From the NCBI GenBank assembly GCA_051532035.1, contig JAOPTW010000020.1:1-59088 (forward strand): a DNA stretch of 59,088 nt, given 5' to 3'. This DNA is from Fibrobacterales bacterium (GTDB lineage Bacteria > Fibrobacterota > Fibrobacteria > Fibrobacterales > JAOPTW01). Positions 58,244-59,088 of this stretch are shown here, piece by piece; position 1 is the stretch's first letter, and each line of letters opens with the position of its first letter. A program made the position numbers and the translations under genes. The notes beneath the pieces are model-generated. The model was given only the letters and a program-made list of their open reading frames with translations, was not told where the DNA came from and did not search any database.

Positions 58244-59088
58244 ATGGATCAAATAGAAAAGTTAGAAGCGTTAAGTGTAAGAATACTACGGGAGACTTAC
58301 CGTAGTTTTGATAACATGGCCATGGCGTGGTCTATTGGTAAAGATAGTACAGTGCTTTTATGGCTTGCACGAAAAGCATTTTTTGGCCACGTACCATTTC
58401 CGTTAGTACACATTGATACTGCCTATAAGATTCCGGCAATGATTGAGTATCGTGATAAGATCGCTCTCGATTGGGGCCTTAATATGGTGTATGGTCAGAA
58501 TACTAAGGCGCTTAAAAAAAAGCAGACCTATCCTGATGGAAATATTGACCGATTGTCTTGTTGTAAAAACCTTAAGAGTGATGCTCTTAAAGCGACTCTC
58601 CAAGGAACATGGGATCGCTACAAGTTAAATCACGAAACAAAAGAGTACGATATTGATCCCAATAAAGAACCATATACTGGTCTTATTGTTGGAGCTCGTG
58701 CTGATGAAGAGGGCTCACGTTCTAAAGAACGATACTTTTCTCCGCGTGATAAAAATAATGACTGGGATGTTGGGGATCAGCCTCCAGAGCTGTGGAGTCA
58801 CTTTAAAACAGATTTTGCGGCTGGAACTCACGTACGTATTCACCCATTGCTTGATTGGACGGAACTCAATATTTGGGAGTATATTCAGCGTGAAAATATA
58901 CCGATTATCGATCTCTATTTCTCTAACAAAGAGGGAAAACGATATCGGTCTCTTGGATGTTTTCCCTGTACAACACCCATTGATTCCCCTGCAAAAAATG
59001 TAGATGAAATTGTTGAAGAACTCAGAAGTGGAAATTTAAAGAATATAGCAGAGCGTTCAGGCCGTGCACAAGATAAAGAAGATGGTGG
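58244..59088 (+). CDS. cysD: Sulfate adenylyltransferase subunit 2 (partial)
   Basis: Translated by hand: [17 protein letters not shown]...[18 protein letters not shown]...HIDT...[11 protein letters not shown]...RYRSLGC. The frame is open to the window end. Confidence 0.93.
   Translation, partial: MDQIEKLEALSVRILRETYRSFDNMAMAWSIGKDSTVLLWLARKAFFGHVPFPLVHIDTAYKIPAMIEYRDKIALDWGLNMVYGQNTKALKKKQTYPDGNIDRLSCCKNLKSDALKATLQGTWDRYKLNHETKEYDIDPNKEPYTGLIVGARADEEGSRSKERYFSPRDKNNDWDVGDQPPELWSHFKTDFAAGTHVRIHPLLDWTELNIWEYIQRENIPIIDLYFSNKEGKRYRSLGCFPCTTPIDSPAKNVDEIVEELRSGNLKNIAERSGRAQDKEDG

Noticed and set aside
58403..59003. Short ORFs at the right end of the ORF track
   Set aside because: They are shadows of the partial cysD frame starting at 58244.

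Overview
A 59-kb bacterial chromosomal window. It is probably from Fibrobacterota (inference from a TIGR02147-like gene followed by a lipoprotein, Ser-rich lipoprotein linkers and diderm envelope genes). From left to right it contains: a partial minus-strand lipoprotein with 17 Cys/Asp-rich repeats that the ORF track missed; a hipBA-like toxin-antitoxin pair; a CBM6-FN3-EEP lipoprotein; two secreted LamG proteins sharing an unrecognised N-terminal domain; a Wzx/Wzy exopolysaccharide locus; alr; three membrane proteins with lycopene-cyclase-like motifs; an HD-GYP response regulator plus a sensory [FeFe]-hydrogenase-like histidine kinase; asd and gcvH; a porin/small binding protein/MCP trio; a PAS sigma54 activator facing a -24/-12 promoter for ahpC-trxA-(zwf remnant)-pgl; two rubrerythrin-family genes, nadA, a TusA-domain gene and mutM; and a sulfur/cofactor cluster (fpr, bioB, mnmA, metY, cysK, rrf2, cobA, cysH, partial cysD). 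The most notable observation is that the two-gene signalling cassette (about 4.2 kb, no integrase) is bracketed by an 84-bp duplication of the neighbouring gene's 3' end in which all 8 differences are synonymous. Other leads are the orphan cyclase-like membrane trio, sigma54 control of ahpC, a shared 24-bp operator upstream of rrf2 and cysH, and a 4x23-aa repeat miniprotein. I saw no rRNA, tRNA, CRISPR array, transposase or integrase. All family calls come from motif recognition by eye, not database searches.
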